Both the position numbers and the translations under genes were made by a program. A stretch of DNA of 64,000 nucleotides from an uncultured bacterium. GTDB taxonomy: Bacteria > Muiribacteriota > UBA6191 > CAZXTJ01 > CAYOHP01. The stretch spans positions 16,987 through 80,986 of the forward strand of contig CAYOHP010000008.1 of assembly GCA_964403795.1 (NCBI GenBank), read 5' to 3'. The first letter of the stretch is position 1. Each line of letters begins with the position of its first letter. Of this stretch, positions 44,772-54,494 are shown piece after piece. The notes under the pieces were generated by a model, which was not told the origin of the DNA, made no database searches, and saw only the letters and a list, made by a program, of their open reading frames with translations.

Positions 44772-45922
44772 GCGGAATTCCCGAGGGGGCCAAGGTCCTC
44801 CTGGTGGGACCCAACTGGCTCGGCGACATGGTGATGGCCGAGCCGGCGCTACGCGCCGCGGCCGCGGCCCGTCCCGACCTCTCGTTCTCCTGGCTGGCGC
44901 CGGCCTCGCTCGCACCCCTCCTGCGCGGCCACCCGGCCCTCTCCGAGGTCATCGCCTGGGATCGCCGGGGCGAGCATCGCGGCTTCTTCGGTCGGGGCCG
45001 GCTGCGGGCCAGCCTGCGGGAGCGGGGATTCGCCGCGGTGGTACTGCTCCGCAACTCCCTGGGAGCGGCCTGGGATGCCTGGCGGACGGGCATCCCGGTC
45101 CGGATCGGCTTCTCCTTCTTCCCGCGCAGCCTCCTGCTCACCGAGGCGCTCCCGCTGCCTCCCGGCTTCCGCTCGCGGCACCGTACCGGGAGCTACCTCG
45201 ACCTGGTGCGAACCCTGGGGGTCGCCCCGGACGCTACCGCCGGACCGCCCCGGCTGGCCGCCCCCGAAGCCGAGAAGGCCAAGGTCCCCGGACTCCTGGC
45301 GGCGGCCGTCGAGGGCGGCGGGGACGCCGACCTCACCCGCCCGCTGGTAGGGATCCACCCGGGAGCTTCCTACGGTCCTTCGAAGCTCTGGGGAGTCGAA
45401 CGCTTCGCCGGCTTCGCCGACCGGTGGATCGAGGACCACGGCGCGACCGTGGTGATCCTCGGAGGTCCCGACGAGGTCGAACTGGGTCGCTCCATCGTGG
45501 CCGGGATGCGCACCGCCTCGGATCATCCCGCCAAGGTGCGGAACCTGGTCGGCTCGACCCCCGACATCGCCACCTTGGCCGCCGTGATGTCCGACCTCGA
45601 CCTCTTCCTGGGGAACGACTCCGGGCCCTCCCACCTCGCCGCCGCCCTGGGCATCCCCACGGTGGCGGTGTACGGCTCGACCTCCACCGATTTCACCGGG
45701 GTGCGCGGCGCCAAGGTGGCCCCCCTTTGGGAGCACCTGGACTGCTCGCCTTGCTTCAAGCGGGAGTGCCCCCGGGAGGACTACATGGCCTGCATGGATG
45801 CGATCCCGGTGGCCCGGGCGTACACTTCCGCCTGCGAACTCCTCGGGATCCGGGAGCGCGCCTTCGAGGAGATCCGACCTGCCGTGGGGGACACCCCCAC
45901 CATGCCCGACCGGGGGGACTGA
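44768..45922 (+). CDS. ADP-heptose:LPS heptosyltransferase (GT9 family; WaaF/RfaF-like), copy 3.
   Basis: VLLVGPNWLGDMVMAEPALRAAAAA and LGNDSGPSHLAAALGIPTVAVYG. The GTG start overlaps the upstream stop (GTGA). Confidence 0.75.
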   Translation: MSGIPEGAKVLLVGPNWLGDMVMAEPALRAAAAARPDLSFSWLAPASLAPLLRGHPALSEVIAWDRRGEHRGFFGRGRLRASLRERGFAAVVLLRNSLGAAWDAWRTGIPVRIGFSFFPRSLLLTEALPLPPGFRSRHRTGSYLDLVRTLGVAPDATAGPPRLAAPEAEKAKVPGLLAAAVEGGGDADLTRPLVGIHPGASYGPSKLWGVERFAGFADRWIEDHGATVVILGGPDEVELGRSIVAGMRTASDHPAKVRNLVGSTPDIATLAAVMSDLDLFLGNDSGPSHLAAALGIPTVAVYGSTSTDFTGVRGAKVAPLWEHLDCSPCFKRECPREDYMACMDAIPVARAYTSACELLGIRERAFEEIRPAVGDTPTMPDRGD

Positions 45923-45927
45923 CCGAA

Positions 45928-46350
45928 ATGTCGCTTTCCATCCTGATCGTCGACGACGACCGCTTCACCCGCAAGAAGGTCTCGGCCATGCTCGAGGGCC
46001 AGGGCTTCCACGTGCATGCCACCGACGACTGGGCCGAGATCACCCGGATCGTGGCCACCCGCCACATCGACGTGATCCTCATGGACGTCGAGATGCCGGA
46101 CCTGACCGGGGACCGGCTGGCCAAGGTCATCCTGAAGACGGTCGCCGAACCCCCCAAGATCCTGCTCCACTCCTCGCTCGATGCCGCCGTCCTCGACCAG
46201 AAGGCCAGGGAGATCGGCGCCCAGGGCTACATCACCAAGGGCCTGCCAGCCGAGGAGTACGCCGAGCGCATCGAGGCCTCGATCACCGGGAAGGCCGCCA
46301 GCTTCGAAGGCGGCCATCTGGGATTCGGGACCGGCAAACCCCCGGCCTGA
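45928..46350 (+). CDS. Stand-alone response-regulator receiver domain (CheY-like).
   Basis: ILIVDDD...DVILMDVEMPDLTG...K: the conserved acid pocket, the phospho-Asp (DVILMD) and the Lys are in register. 140 aa with no output domain. Confidence 0.8.
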   Translation: MSLSILIVDDDRFTRKKVSAMLEGQGFHVHATDDWAEITRIVATRHIDVILMDVEMPDLTGDRLAKVILKTVAEPPKILLHSSLDAAVLDQKAREIGAQGYITKGLPAEEYAERIEASITGKAASFEGGHLGFGTGKPPA

Positions 46351-46434
46351 CAGGTTCGCCCCCCTCGGACCGCCTCCTGGACACCCCGGGCTCGTCCTGC
46401 TGCACCGGTCGCCCCACCCTGCTACCTTGAGGGC

Positions 46435-47880
46435 ATGATCGAGCTCCAGCCGAAGGGTCGTCAGAAGCCGCTGACCGAGCTCCGCAAGCCGCGCTTCTGG
46501 CCCATGCCGGGTCTGCTGCACGTGGTGATCGGACTGATCGTGGTGGTCCTGCTGGCGGCCGGCTTCCTGGGCTCGACGCACCTCCTGGACCTGATCCTCA
46601 AGCGGTCCGAGGCGGGCACCGCCTCCGGATTCGGGGCAGGGGTCCACCTGCTGTTCGCCGGCTGGCTGGGGATCGCGGTGGCCGCCGCCCTGCTCCTCAC
46701 GGTGGTCGAGTCCTTCGGCGGGCCGGAACGGCTGCGGGCGATCTTCGACCAGGAGGCCTGGTTCCGCTACGGGAAGGCGAGCGCCCACATCCGCGAGATT
46801 CTCCACAAGGACGAGGTCCCGGTCGGGTACGTCGAGGTCGACCATCCCGACATGAGCGCTCCCAAGCTCTTCGAGCGCCTCTTCCTCCTGCTCCTCATCC
46901 TCTCCCACGTGGGCGTCCTGGCGGCGGTCCACCGCCTGGCCTCCAACGACGGGTACCAGGCCTTCACGCTCTGGGTGAGCTTCGCTCCGGTGGCGACCCT
47001 GGTCGTCTGCGGTGCCTTCGCCTGCTGCCGTCCTTCCAGCGGCTTCCTGATCCTGGTGATGGCGATCTTCCCGATCTTCCACCGGGTCCACTGGAAGATC
47101 GACCCGGTGGCCACCGGCCCCGCCCTCGGCCTGCCACCGCTCAGCCTGCCGATCGGACTCGTCCTGCTTGTCTTGCTGACCGGGATCCATCTCCTGAGAG
47201 CCCAGCGGGACCACTCCCTGCTCGTGGTCACCAATCGGGGCGTCCGGCGCTTCCATGTCTCCGGCTCCGAGGCCACCCTGGTCGACAAGGCCGACCATCC
47301 CCTGGTCATGGTCGCCACTCCCACCGCCTCCGGCTGCCGGATGCAGATCGGCGGGAGCCAGGGTCGGGAGAAGCTCCGGCCGGTCCACCTGGTGGGACCC
47401 AACGAATCCGAGGCGGTCGCGGCCGCCGCCCGACCCCACTCCGAGAAGACCATCCTCGAGGGGAGCGGCGAGCCCAGCGGCATCGCGGGACGCCTCGGCG
47501 AGTTGCCCATGCTGGGGGTGGCTTTCGTGCTCCTGCTGGCGCTGGTCACCCACCAGATGCTGCTGCCTCCCGTGATCGGTCGCCTCGAGACCCAGCGACT
47601 CCTCGACCAGCACCAGGAGGAGTGGGTGGCCGGGAAGGGCATGCCGCTGGCCGACGACCTGGGCAAGCTGCTCGCCGCCAACCCGGCCCTGGGTCCTGCC
47701 CGCCTGATCCGGGCCCAGATCCTGGCCGACTCCGGCCATCCCGACCAGGCAGCAAGGGAAGTCGACGAGTTCCTGCGTCGCCGGGCGCCCTGGGCGAGTT
47801 CGGCCCTGGTCGTCCAGGCCGAGGCCCTGCGCGCCACGCTTTCCGCCCCTGCCCCGGGGGCGCCGGCGAACCCGCCGTGA
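46435..47880 (+). CDS. Polytopic integral membrane protein of unknown function.
   Basis: At least six strongly hydrophobic helices. The stop overlaps the GTG of the downstream Ser/Thr kinase gene (GTGA). Confidence 0.5.
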   Translation: MIELQPKGRQKPLTELRKPRFWPMPGLLHVVIGLIVVVLLAAGFLGSTHLLDLILKRSEAGTASGFGAGVHLLFAGWLGIAVAAALLLTVVESFGGPERLRAIFDQEAWFRYGKASAHIREILHKDEVPVGYVEVDHPDMSAPKLFERLFLLLLILSHVGVLAAVHRLASNDGYQAFTLWVSFAPVATLVVCGAFACCRPSSGFLILVMAIFPIFHRVHWKIDPVATGPALGLPPLSLPIGLVLLVLLTGIHLLRAQRDHSLLVVTNRGVRRFHVSGSEATLVDKADHPLVMVATPTASGCRMQIGGSQGREKLRPVHLVGPNESEAVAAAARPHSEKTILEGSGEPSGIAGRLGELPMLGVAFVLLLALVTHQMLLPPVIGRLETQRLLDQHQEEWVAGKGMPLADDLGKLLAANPALGPARLIRAQILADSGHPDQAAREVDEFLRRRAPWASSALVVQAEALRATLSAPAPGAPANPP

Positions 47881-50213
47881 CCTCGGGGGAGGCGGCACCG
47901 GTCCGCCTTCCAGAGGCCCTCTCGGAGCGCTTCCGGGTCCTCGGTACCATCGGTCGGGGAGCCATGGGAGCGGTCCTCGAAGCCGAGGACCGGATCCTGG
48001 GCCGGCGGGTCGCCCTGAAGCTCCTCTCGCTGCCCGGCAACGACCGGGAACTCCGGCGCTTCCAGCGCGAAGCCGTGGCCATGGCCCGTCTGCGCCATCC
48101 CAACGTCGTGCAGGTCTTCGATTCGGGCGTGGAGGAGGGTGTCCCCTACCTGGTCATGGAGGTCCTCGAGGGTCGTGACCTCGATTCGGCCCCACCCGAC
48201 GACCCCATGGCGGTGCTGCTGCCGATCGCGGACGCGATCGAGGCCTGCCATCGGGAGGGCATCCTCCACCGCGACATCAAGCCTGCGAACATGTTCCTGA
48301 CCCGAGAGGGCCGGCCGGTCCTCCTCGATTTCGGGCTCGCCCGGGACACCGCCAGGACCCAGCTCACGTCCACCGGGATGGTTCCCGGGACCCTGGCCTT
48401 CCTCAGCCCGGAACGCTTGCGAGGGGACGACTCGGGTTGGCCTTCGGACTGGTGGTCGTTCGGGGTCTCGCTGTTCCGGATCGTGGAGAGGCGCCTGCCC
48501 TTCGATTTCGACGCCTTGTCGGCAGGAGCCCGCGGCGACGCCATGGATCTCCCCCGCTTCCACCGGATCCATCCCGGGTCGGGGATCGCCAGGGTGATCG
48601 CCGCCTGCCTGGATCCTGATCCTGCCCGACGGCCCGCTTCCCGGGCCGACCTCGAGTCGATCCTCGAGTCGGAGCCGGAGCCGGAGCCGGGCCCCTGGGG
48701 AGGACCGGACGACGAGGCCGGACCCGGGTCCGACCCGGCCATGGACTCACGACTCGCGGGCCTGGACCGGGGAACCCGCACCTTCCTCGCGGTCTTGCTG
48801 GCGGTGGGTCTCGGGTCGCTGACGGCGGCCCGCTGGCTGGCACGGGGCAGCCCCCCTAGGAACCCGGAAGGATCCCGGCCGACGCCGGCGGACGGCACGA
48901 TCGGGAGCCGGAGCGAGGACGAGTCCGGGACGATTCCCGGGGAGCTGGGTCCGGGCTATCCCTCCGAGCTCCGGCGCGAGGCGGAGGCGAACCTGGGGAC
49001 CTGGCTCGATCCCCAGGGACGCCGATCGGAACCGCCGGGCGGGACCGCGCCTCCCGGCTGGCGCCCGTACCTGGACGATGATCCCTTCGAATGGGGCGCG
49101 GTGCTCCGCCGCCTGACCGGGCCGTCCCGCTTCGCCCGCTGGGCCGGCCAGGGGGGCCAGGTCTCCTCGCTGCCGATCCCCTTCCTCGACGAACTCTTCG
49201 CGGTCGACGGCTGGTTCCTGGCCCAGGATCTGCCGCGCCCGCTCTTCCCCTACCTGTACGTGGTGCCGGCGAGCGACGACGTCCCGGTCGCCGGCTCGCG
49301 ACTCTCTCCGGTCGGGACCGGGAGCCTCCCCGAGACCGTCTCGGGTTGGCTGGCGACGGCGCTGCGGGCGCGCCAGCGCGGCCTGGAACTGCAACGACGC
49401 TTCGAGGCCCAGGTGACGGCCGCCGCCAAGGGTGGCGACCCCGGAACCCTGCCGGTGGGCGAACTGCGCCCCTTCCTGCCGGCCATCGACTCGCTGCGCG
49501 CCCTGATCGAGGTGGGTTCCGCCAATCCCGCCCGCCGGCGCGCCATCCGGGCCTGGCTGCGGGAAGGCTCCGAGGAGGTCCACGCCCTCTGCTATGCGCT
49601 CTCGCGGTCGCTCTCCGAGCAGCCGCAGCTGGCGCTGGCGGCGGCTGGGATGGGCATCGAGGCCATGGAGGACCTGCGCTCCCTCTTCACCGGGCACCTC
49701 ACCGGACTCGACTGGGAACAGGCCACCGGAAGGCCTCCCGTCTCGCCGCCCGACCTCCTGGTCGCCGGATGGTTCCACCTGCAGACCGCGGTGGCATCCC
49801 GCCGGGGAGGTCGCGACGCCCAGGCGGAGCGGGAGCGCTGCCTGGCTGGGCTCGACCGGGCGATCGCCTCCGCCCCGGGGAGCGGCACGGCGGACGCCTG
49901 GATCCGGATGAGGGCCTTCGACGGCCACTTCGAGCTCATGCAGGCGTTCCCGGGCGCGGTTCCCTTCCGCAGCTTCTACGAAGCCCACACCGCCGAGCTC
50001 CAGGCCCTCCACTCCCGCTGGTTCCACGCGGGCCCATGGCGGCGCGTCATGGAGGACTACCTGGACGCCCGCGAGCTGGCCCCGGCTTCGCTGGACGCGG
50101 CCCGGAAGCTCTGGGCCTGGCTCGCCCTCCAGATCTCCCGACGTCCCACGCTGCTCGAGGATCCCGAGCGCGCCGATCTGTGGCGACGCTTCACCGCCCG
50201 GTTCGCACCGTGA
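47876..50213 (+). CDS. Hanks-type Ser/Thr protein kinase with a TM segment and a ~450-aa C-terminal domain.
   Basis: GRGAMGAVL, VALKLL, HRDIKPANMFL, DFGLA and LAFLSPE place all kinase subdomains. A TM (FLAVLLAVGLGSLTAA) sits at about residue 300. It is the 3' portion of ORF 47622..50213, with GTG at 47876. Confidence 0.8.
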
Positions 50214-50229
50214 CGGGTTCTCCGCCCGG

Positions 50230-51453
50230 CTACTCCCAGCGCAGCGCCTCGATCGGGTCGAGCTGGGCTGCCCGCCAGGCCGGATAGACGCCGAACACGA
50301 TCCCGGTGCTCCCGGAGACACCGAGTCCCGCCAGTACCGCCCACAGGGGGACCTCGGCATTGAAGTCCCCCAGCCACTGCAGGAGCAGGACGCCTCCACC
50401 CCCGATGGCCAGACCGAGCAGGCCACCCAGCATGGCCACCACCACGGCTTCGCCCAGGAACTGGACCAGGATGTCGCGACGGGTGGCCCCCAGCGCCTTG
50501 CGGACGCCGATCTCGCGGGTCCTCTCGGTCACCGAGACCATCATGATGTTCATGATCCCGATGCCCCCGACCAGCAGCGAGAGACCGGCGCTGGCCGCGA
50601 TCAGGAAGGCGAAGGCCCCGACCGCCGACTCGGCCCGGCCCAGGATCTCGGTGAAGTTGAAGACCGCCACCAGCGGTTCGTCCCCCGGGGGAGGAGGATG
50701 GAGCACCACCATCAGGTCCTCGATCTCCCGCATGGCGCGGTCGACCAGGGCGGGATCCCGGGCCTTGACGTTGATCATGCGCAGGACCCGCCGCTGGGAG
50801 ACCTTGCGGAACCATGTCTCGATCGGGATCACGACCTGCTCGTCCAGCGAGTTGAAGCCGGCCCGGCCCTTGGCCACGAGCACGCCGACCACCTGGTAGG
50901 GAGCGCCGCGGATCCGCACTTTCTCGCCCACCGAAGGCGCCCCGTGGAAGAGCTTCTCGGCGATCTCGGCTCCCAGCACGCAGACCCGCTGGGCGGTCGA
51001 CGCCTCGTTCTCGTCGAAGAACCGCCCTTCCGAGAGGTCGAGGTAGCGGATCCGCTCGTACTGGGGCGTGGTCCCCAGCACCTGGGCCATCACGTTCTCG
51101 TCGAAGTACTTCACCTGGAGCGGCTTCGAGGTCTCGGGAGCCACCCATCCGACGCTCGGGCAGTTCCGCAGGATGGCTTCGGCGTCCACCGGTTCCAGGA
51201 GGTTCGACATGTGCAGCGAGACCCCGCCGTGACCCTTCTTGCGGCCCGGGAAGACCAGCAGCAGGTCGGTCCCCATGGCCTGGAACTCCTGCAGGACGCG
51301 CTCGCGGGCCCCGTGCCCGACCGCCACCATGACGATGACGGCGCCCACTCCGATGATCACCCCGACGATGGTGAGGGCAGAGCGGAGCTTGTTCGCCATC
51401 AGGTTGTGGAAGGCGATCCGGGCCGCGATCGCGAGTACCCGCCAGGTCCTCAC
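50230..51453 (-). CDS. ABC transporter permease, MacB/FtsX family.
   Basis: N-terminal TM, a large periplasmic domain, and the C-terminal FtsX-like four-helix bundle (ILGRAESAVGAFAFLIAASAGLSLLVGGIGIMNIMMVSVTERTREIGVRKALGA). The GTG start overlaps the ATPase gene stop. Confidence 0.8.
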   Translation of the reverse strand: MRTWRVLAIAARIAFHNLMANKLRSALTIVGVIIGVGAVIVMVAVGHGARERVLQEFQAMGTDLLLVFPGRKKGHGGVSLHMSNLLEPVDAEAILRNCPSVGWVAPETSKPLQVKYFDENVMAQVLGTTPQYERIRYLDLSEGRFFDENEASTAQRVCVLGAEIAEKLFHGAPSVGEKVRIRGAPYQVVGVLVAKGRAGFNSLDEQVVIPIETWFRKVSQRRVLRMINVKARDPALVDRAMREIEDLMVVLHPPPPGDEPLVAVFNFTEILGRAESAVGAFAFLIAASAGLSLLVGGIGIMNIMMVSVTERTREIGVRKALGATRRDILVQFLGEAVVVAMLGGLLGLAIGGGGVLLLQWLGDFNAEVPLWAVLAGLGVSGSTGIVFGVYPAWRAAQLDPIEALRWE

Positions 51454-52133
51454 CGCGCCACCCGCTCGTCCCGCACCAGGACCCCGTCCTTCATGTGCAG
51501 GATCCGGTGCGCCTGCTCCGCCACCTCCCGGGAGTGGGTGACCACCACCAGGGTCGTACCCTCCCGGTTCAGTTCGGAGAAGAGGGCGAGGATCTCGTCG
51601 CCGGTCTTCGAGTCCAGGTTGCCGGTGGGCTCGTCGGCGAGGATCAGGCTCGGGGAGTTGACCAGGGCCCGGGCGACCGCGACGCGTTGGCACTGGCCGC
51701 CCGAGAGCTGGGACGGGATGTGGTCGCAGCGGTCGCCCAGACCGACCCGGGTGAGGACTTCCCGGGCCCTGCCCCGGGTGTCGGTGTGCCCGGCGTAGAG
51801 CAAGGGAAGCTCCACGTTCTCGAGAGCCGTGGACCGGGGGAGCAGGTTGAAGCTCTGGAACACGAACCCGATCCGGGTGTTCCGGATCCGTGCCAGGTCG
51901 TCCTCGGCGAGCCGGGACACGTCGACCTCGTCGAGGAAGTAGCTCCCCGAGGTCGGGGTGTCGAGGCAGCCGAGCTGGTTCATCAGGGTCGACTTCCCGG
52001 ACCCGGAGGGTCCCATCAAGGCGACGTACTCCCCGGCCAGGATCTCGAAGGACACGCCGTTCAGGGCCCGGACCTCGTTGGAGAGGCCGCGGTGGTAGAC
52101 CTTGGCGAGATCCTCGACCCGGACTACCCGTCT
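51450..52133 (-). CDS. ABC transporter ATP-binding protein (MacB/LolD-type).
   Basis: Walker A (GPSGSGKST), Q-loop, signature LSGGQCQRVAVARAL, and Walker B (ILADEPTGNLD). The exact start is unresolved: there is no ATG/GTG in frame near VVRVEDLAK, and the 5' end is approximate. Confidence 0.8.
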   Translation of the reverse strand, partial: RRVVRVEDLAKVYHRGLSNEVRALNGVSFEILAGEYVALMGPSGSGKSTLMNQLGCLDTPTSGSYFLDEVDVSRLAEDDLARIRNTRIGFVFQSFNLLPRSTALENVELPLLYAGHTDTRGRAREVLTRVGLGDRCDHIPSQLSGGQCQRVAVARALVNSPSLILADEPTGNLDSKTGDEILALFSELNREGTTLVVVTHSREVAEQAHRILHMKDGVLVRDERVAR

Positions 52134-53506
52134 CCGGTCTTGCCCTCGTCCGGCTTCTTCGCCTGGCCCGTGTTGCGCTTGCGCTTCAGGAACCAAATCG
52201 GGTCCTCGCCCCTCTCGCCCCCGGGGGTTTCCGTGTCCAATCGCCCCAGGACCACCGACAGCCCCTCGGCGAGACCGGTCCCGGTGATCTCGACCTGGGC
52301 CTGGTTCCGGAGTCCCGTCTCCACCGGCAGGCGATCGATCGCCTCGGGGCGGGCGGGGTCGCGGACCAGGTTCACCCAGGTCCCGCTCCTCCCGGTGCGC
52401 AGGGCCGCGGGCGGGACCCAGAGGGCCTCCGCCCGGCGATCGGTCACGAAGCGCACGGTGGCACTCATGCCCGGCTTCAGGAGCGTCACGCCCCGCCCGA
52501 CCACCTCGACCTGGACCTCGAAGGAGGTGACGTCGCTCTCGGTCCTCCCCATCGGGGACACCCACTTCACCCGCCCCTCGAACGCCTCCTCGGGAAAGGC
52601 GTCGCAGACCACCTCGGCAGGGAAGCCCTCCCCGAGCCGACCGGCGTCGGCCTCGTCGACCATGGCCTTGACCGAGAGCCGGGACACGTCGGCCAGGATC
52701 AGGAGCGGGGTCCCGCCCCCCACGTTGGAGATGCCCGAGGCGATGATCTGGCCCACCTCGACCTTCCGCTCCAGCACGATGCCGTCGATGCTGGCCCGGA
52801 TGGTGGTGTCGGCCAGCCGCTCCTTCGCCCGGTCGAGCGCCACCTGGGCCTGGATCCGACCGGCCTCGGCCAGCACCACCTCCTGGGCCATGAGCTCGAC
52901 CTGGCGCTCCTGGGTCTCGACCAGCCGGACCTCGGCCTCCAGGGCCGCCACCGAGGCCTCGGCCCCGTCCCTGGTCGTGGAGGCCGCCTCGTAGGTCTGG
53001 CGGGAGGCGAGACCCCGCTGGAGGAGATCGCGCTGGCGCTCGAACTCGTGCCGGGCCCGCTCCCGTTCCGCCAGGGTCCTCTCCAGGTTGGCCCTGACCC
53101 GGTCGCGCTCGATGGCCACCCGGTCCTTCTCGAGTCCGAGCCGGGTGGTCGCCTGGACGAGCCTGGCGCCCGCGGTCATCACATCGGCCTCGGCCAGTCG
53201 CACTGCCTGGAGTTCCTCCCGGGGGTCGATGAGCGCCAGGGTCGTGCCGGTCGTCACCGCGGCCCCGGCTTCGAAGGGAATCCCCAGGATCTGACCGGAA
53301 GCGCGGCTCTTCACCTCGACGGCCCGGGCCGGCTGCACCGGACCGGCCGCGGTCACCACCACCTCGACGGGTCCCCGTTCGACCCTGGCGGTCGGCAGGA
53401 CCTTGGTCGGCGCTGCCGGTCCGCATCCGGGGATCGCCCCGATCTCCATGATGGCGACCAGGAAGACCAAGGTCCGGGGCCACGGCCGAAGGTCGTCGGC
53501 TCTCAT
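52124..53506 (-). CDS. HlyD/MacA-type periplasmic adaptor (membrane fusion) protein, lipoprotein-anchored.
   Basis: Lipobox (AIMEIGAIPGCGP), then a beta-barrel/lipoyl/coiled-coil MFP pattern (IDPREELQAVRLAEADV...coiled coil...ASIDGIVLERKVEVGQ). ATG at 53504-53506. The 5' 330 codons of ORF 52124..54520 are noise. Confidence 0.8.
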   Translation of the reverse strand: MRADDLRPWPRTLVFLVAIMEIGAIPGCGPAAPTKVLPTARVERGPVEVVVTAAGPVQPARAVEVKSRASGQILGIPFEAGAAVTTGTTLALIDPREELQAVRLAEADVMTAGARLVQATTRLGLEKDRVAIERDRVRANLERTLAERERARHEFERQRDLLQRGLASRQTYEAASTTRDGAEASVAALEAEVRLVETQERQVELMAQEVVLAEAGRIQAQVALDRAKERLADTTIRASIDGIVLERKVEVGQIIASGISNVGGGTPLLILADVSRLSVKAMVDEADAGRLGEGFPAEVVCDAFPEEAFEGRVKWVSPMGRTESDVTSFEVQVEVVGRGVTLLKPGMSATVRFVTDRRAEALWVPPAALRTGRSGTWVNLVRDPARPEAIDRLPVETGLRNQAQVEITGTGLAEGLSVVLGRLDTETPGGERGEDPIWFLKRKRNTGQAKKPDEGKTGDG

Positions 53507-54408
53507 GGGGACCCGGTCGCCGCCAGCAACCCGGCGACCTCGGGGAAGCCCGCGGCCTTGGCCCTCTCGCCCGGGGTGCGTCCGGAGCCGTCGCGTCGGG
53601 TCCGGTCCGCGCCCCTCCGCAAGAGCTCCCGCACCACCTCGGCGTGTCCGGCCCCGGCCGCGGCGTGGAGAGCCGTTCCACCCTGCGGGTCGATCTCCTC
53701 CGGATCCTCGCCCCGGTCGAGCAGTTGGGCGACGAGGTCGCTCCACCCCAGGGAAGCGGCCTGGATCAACTTCGAGGTGGGCCGGACCTCGGGTACCGGG
53801 GGGGCCGGGACCGGAGGACGGGGGGCGGCACGGGGAAGGGCGCGGGTCGGCGCCCGGGCCACGGCAACGGGAGGCGCTCCTGGGGCAGGAGGAGTCCCGG
53901 AGGCGACAGTCTGGACCGCTGGCGCGGTGGTCGCAGGCGGGAAGGCCGGGATCAGGGGCTTGGCAGGCACCGGCGGGGAAGCCTGGGCGGGTTCCAGGGT
54001 CCGGGGCGGGACCGGTGCGGCATCCTGGACCGGGTCCGAAGTCCCGGCCGGGGCCTGTGCCGCATCCCGGACCGGATCCGAAGCTCCGACCGGGGCCGCC
54101 GCCGGCGTCGGAGCCGGAGAGGGAAGGCCTGCCTCCAGCGCATCGAGGCGGGCCATGAGTTCCTGGATCCGCGGATCCGCTCCGGCAGCCGGATCCCCGC
54201 CTTCCGCCCGGGCGCGCTGGCGGGCCGCCGCCAGGACCAGGGCATCGACCTCCTCGATCCGGGCCTCCAGGTCCCGGACCCGGACGGCGAGCTGCTCCGA
54301 GCGACGCAGCCGGGCTCCCTGGGACCAGCTCGCCCCGGCCGCGGCCACCGCCAGCGCCAGCCCGACACCGAGCACCAGCTCCGGAGCCCGCTCGATCGCG
54401 CCCGGCAT
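53503..54408 (-). CDS. Membrane-anchored ankyrin-repeat protein (TM, coiled coil, Pro-rich linker, ANK repeats).
   Basis: N-terminal TM (LVLGVGLALAVAAAGA). The C-terminal ANK consensus reads GGTALHAAAGAGHAEVVRELLRRGAD...GRTP. Its stop overlaps the MFP start (ATGA). Confidence 0.6.
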   Translation of the reverse strand: MPGAIERAPELVLGVGLALAVAAAGASWSQGARLRRSEQLAVRVRDLEARIEEVDALVLAAARQRARAEGGDPAAGADPRIQELMARLDALEAGLPSPAPTPAAAPVGASDPVRDAAQAPAGTSDPVQDAAPVPPRTLEPAQASPPVPAKPLIPAFPPATTAPAVQTVASGTPPAPGAPPVAVARAPTRALPRAAPRPPVPAPPVPEVRPTSKLIQAASLGWSDLVAQLLDRGEDPEEIDPQGGTALHAAAGAGHAEVVRELLRRGADRTRRDGSGRTPGERAKAAGFPEVAGLLAATGSP

Positions 54409-54494
54409 GGCCACCTCCGCACTCCGAGCCCAGGCCCAGAGGGTACACTTCCCGGGCCCGCGGAGGCGTCGCCCCACGCCGCCCGCAGGACTCG

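Noticed and set aside
51450-52170. Attempt to fix the start codon of the ABC ATPase.
   Set aside because: The frame shows VVRVEDLAK encoded as gta-gtc-cgg, and no ATG/GTG/TTG within 15 codons upstream before the MFP stop. Either a rare start (CTG/ATT) is used or there is a local sequence error, so the coordinate is approximate.
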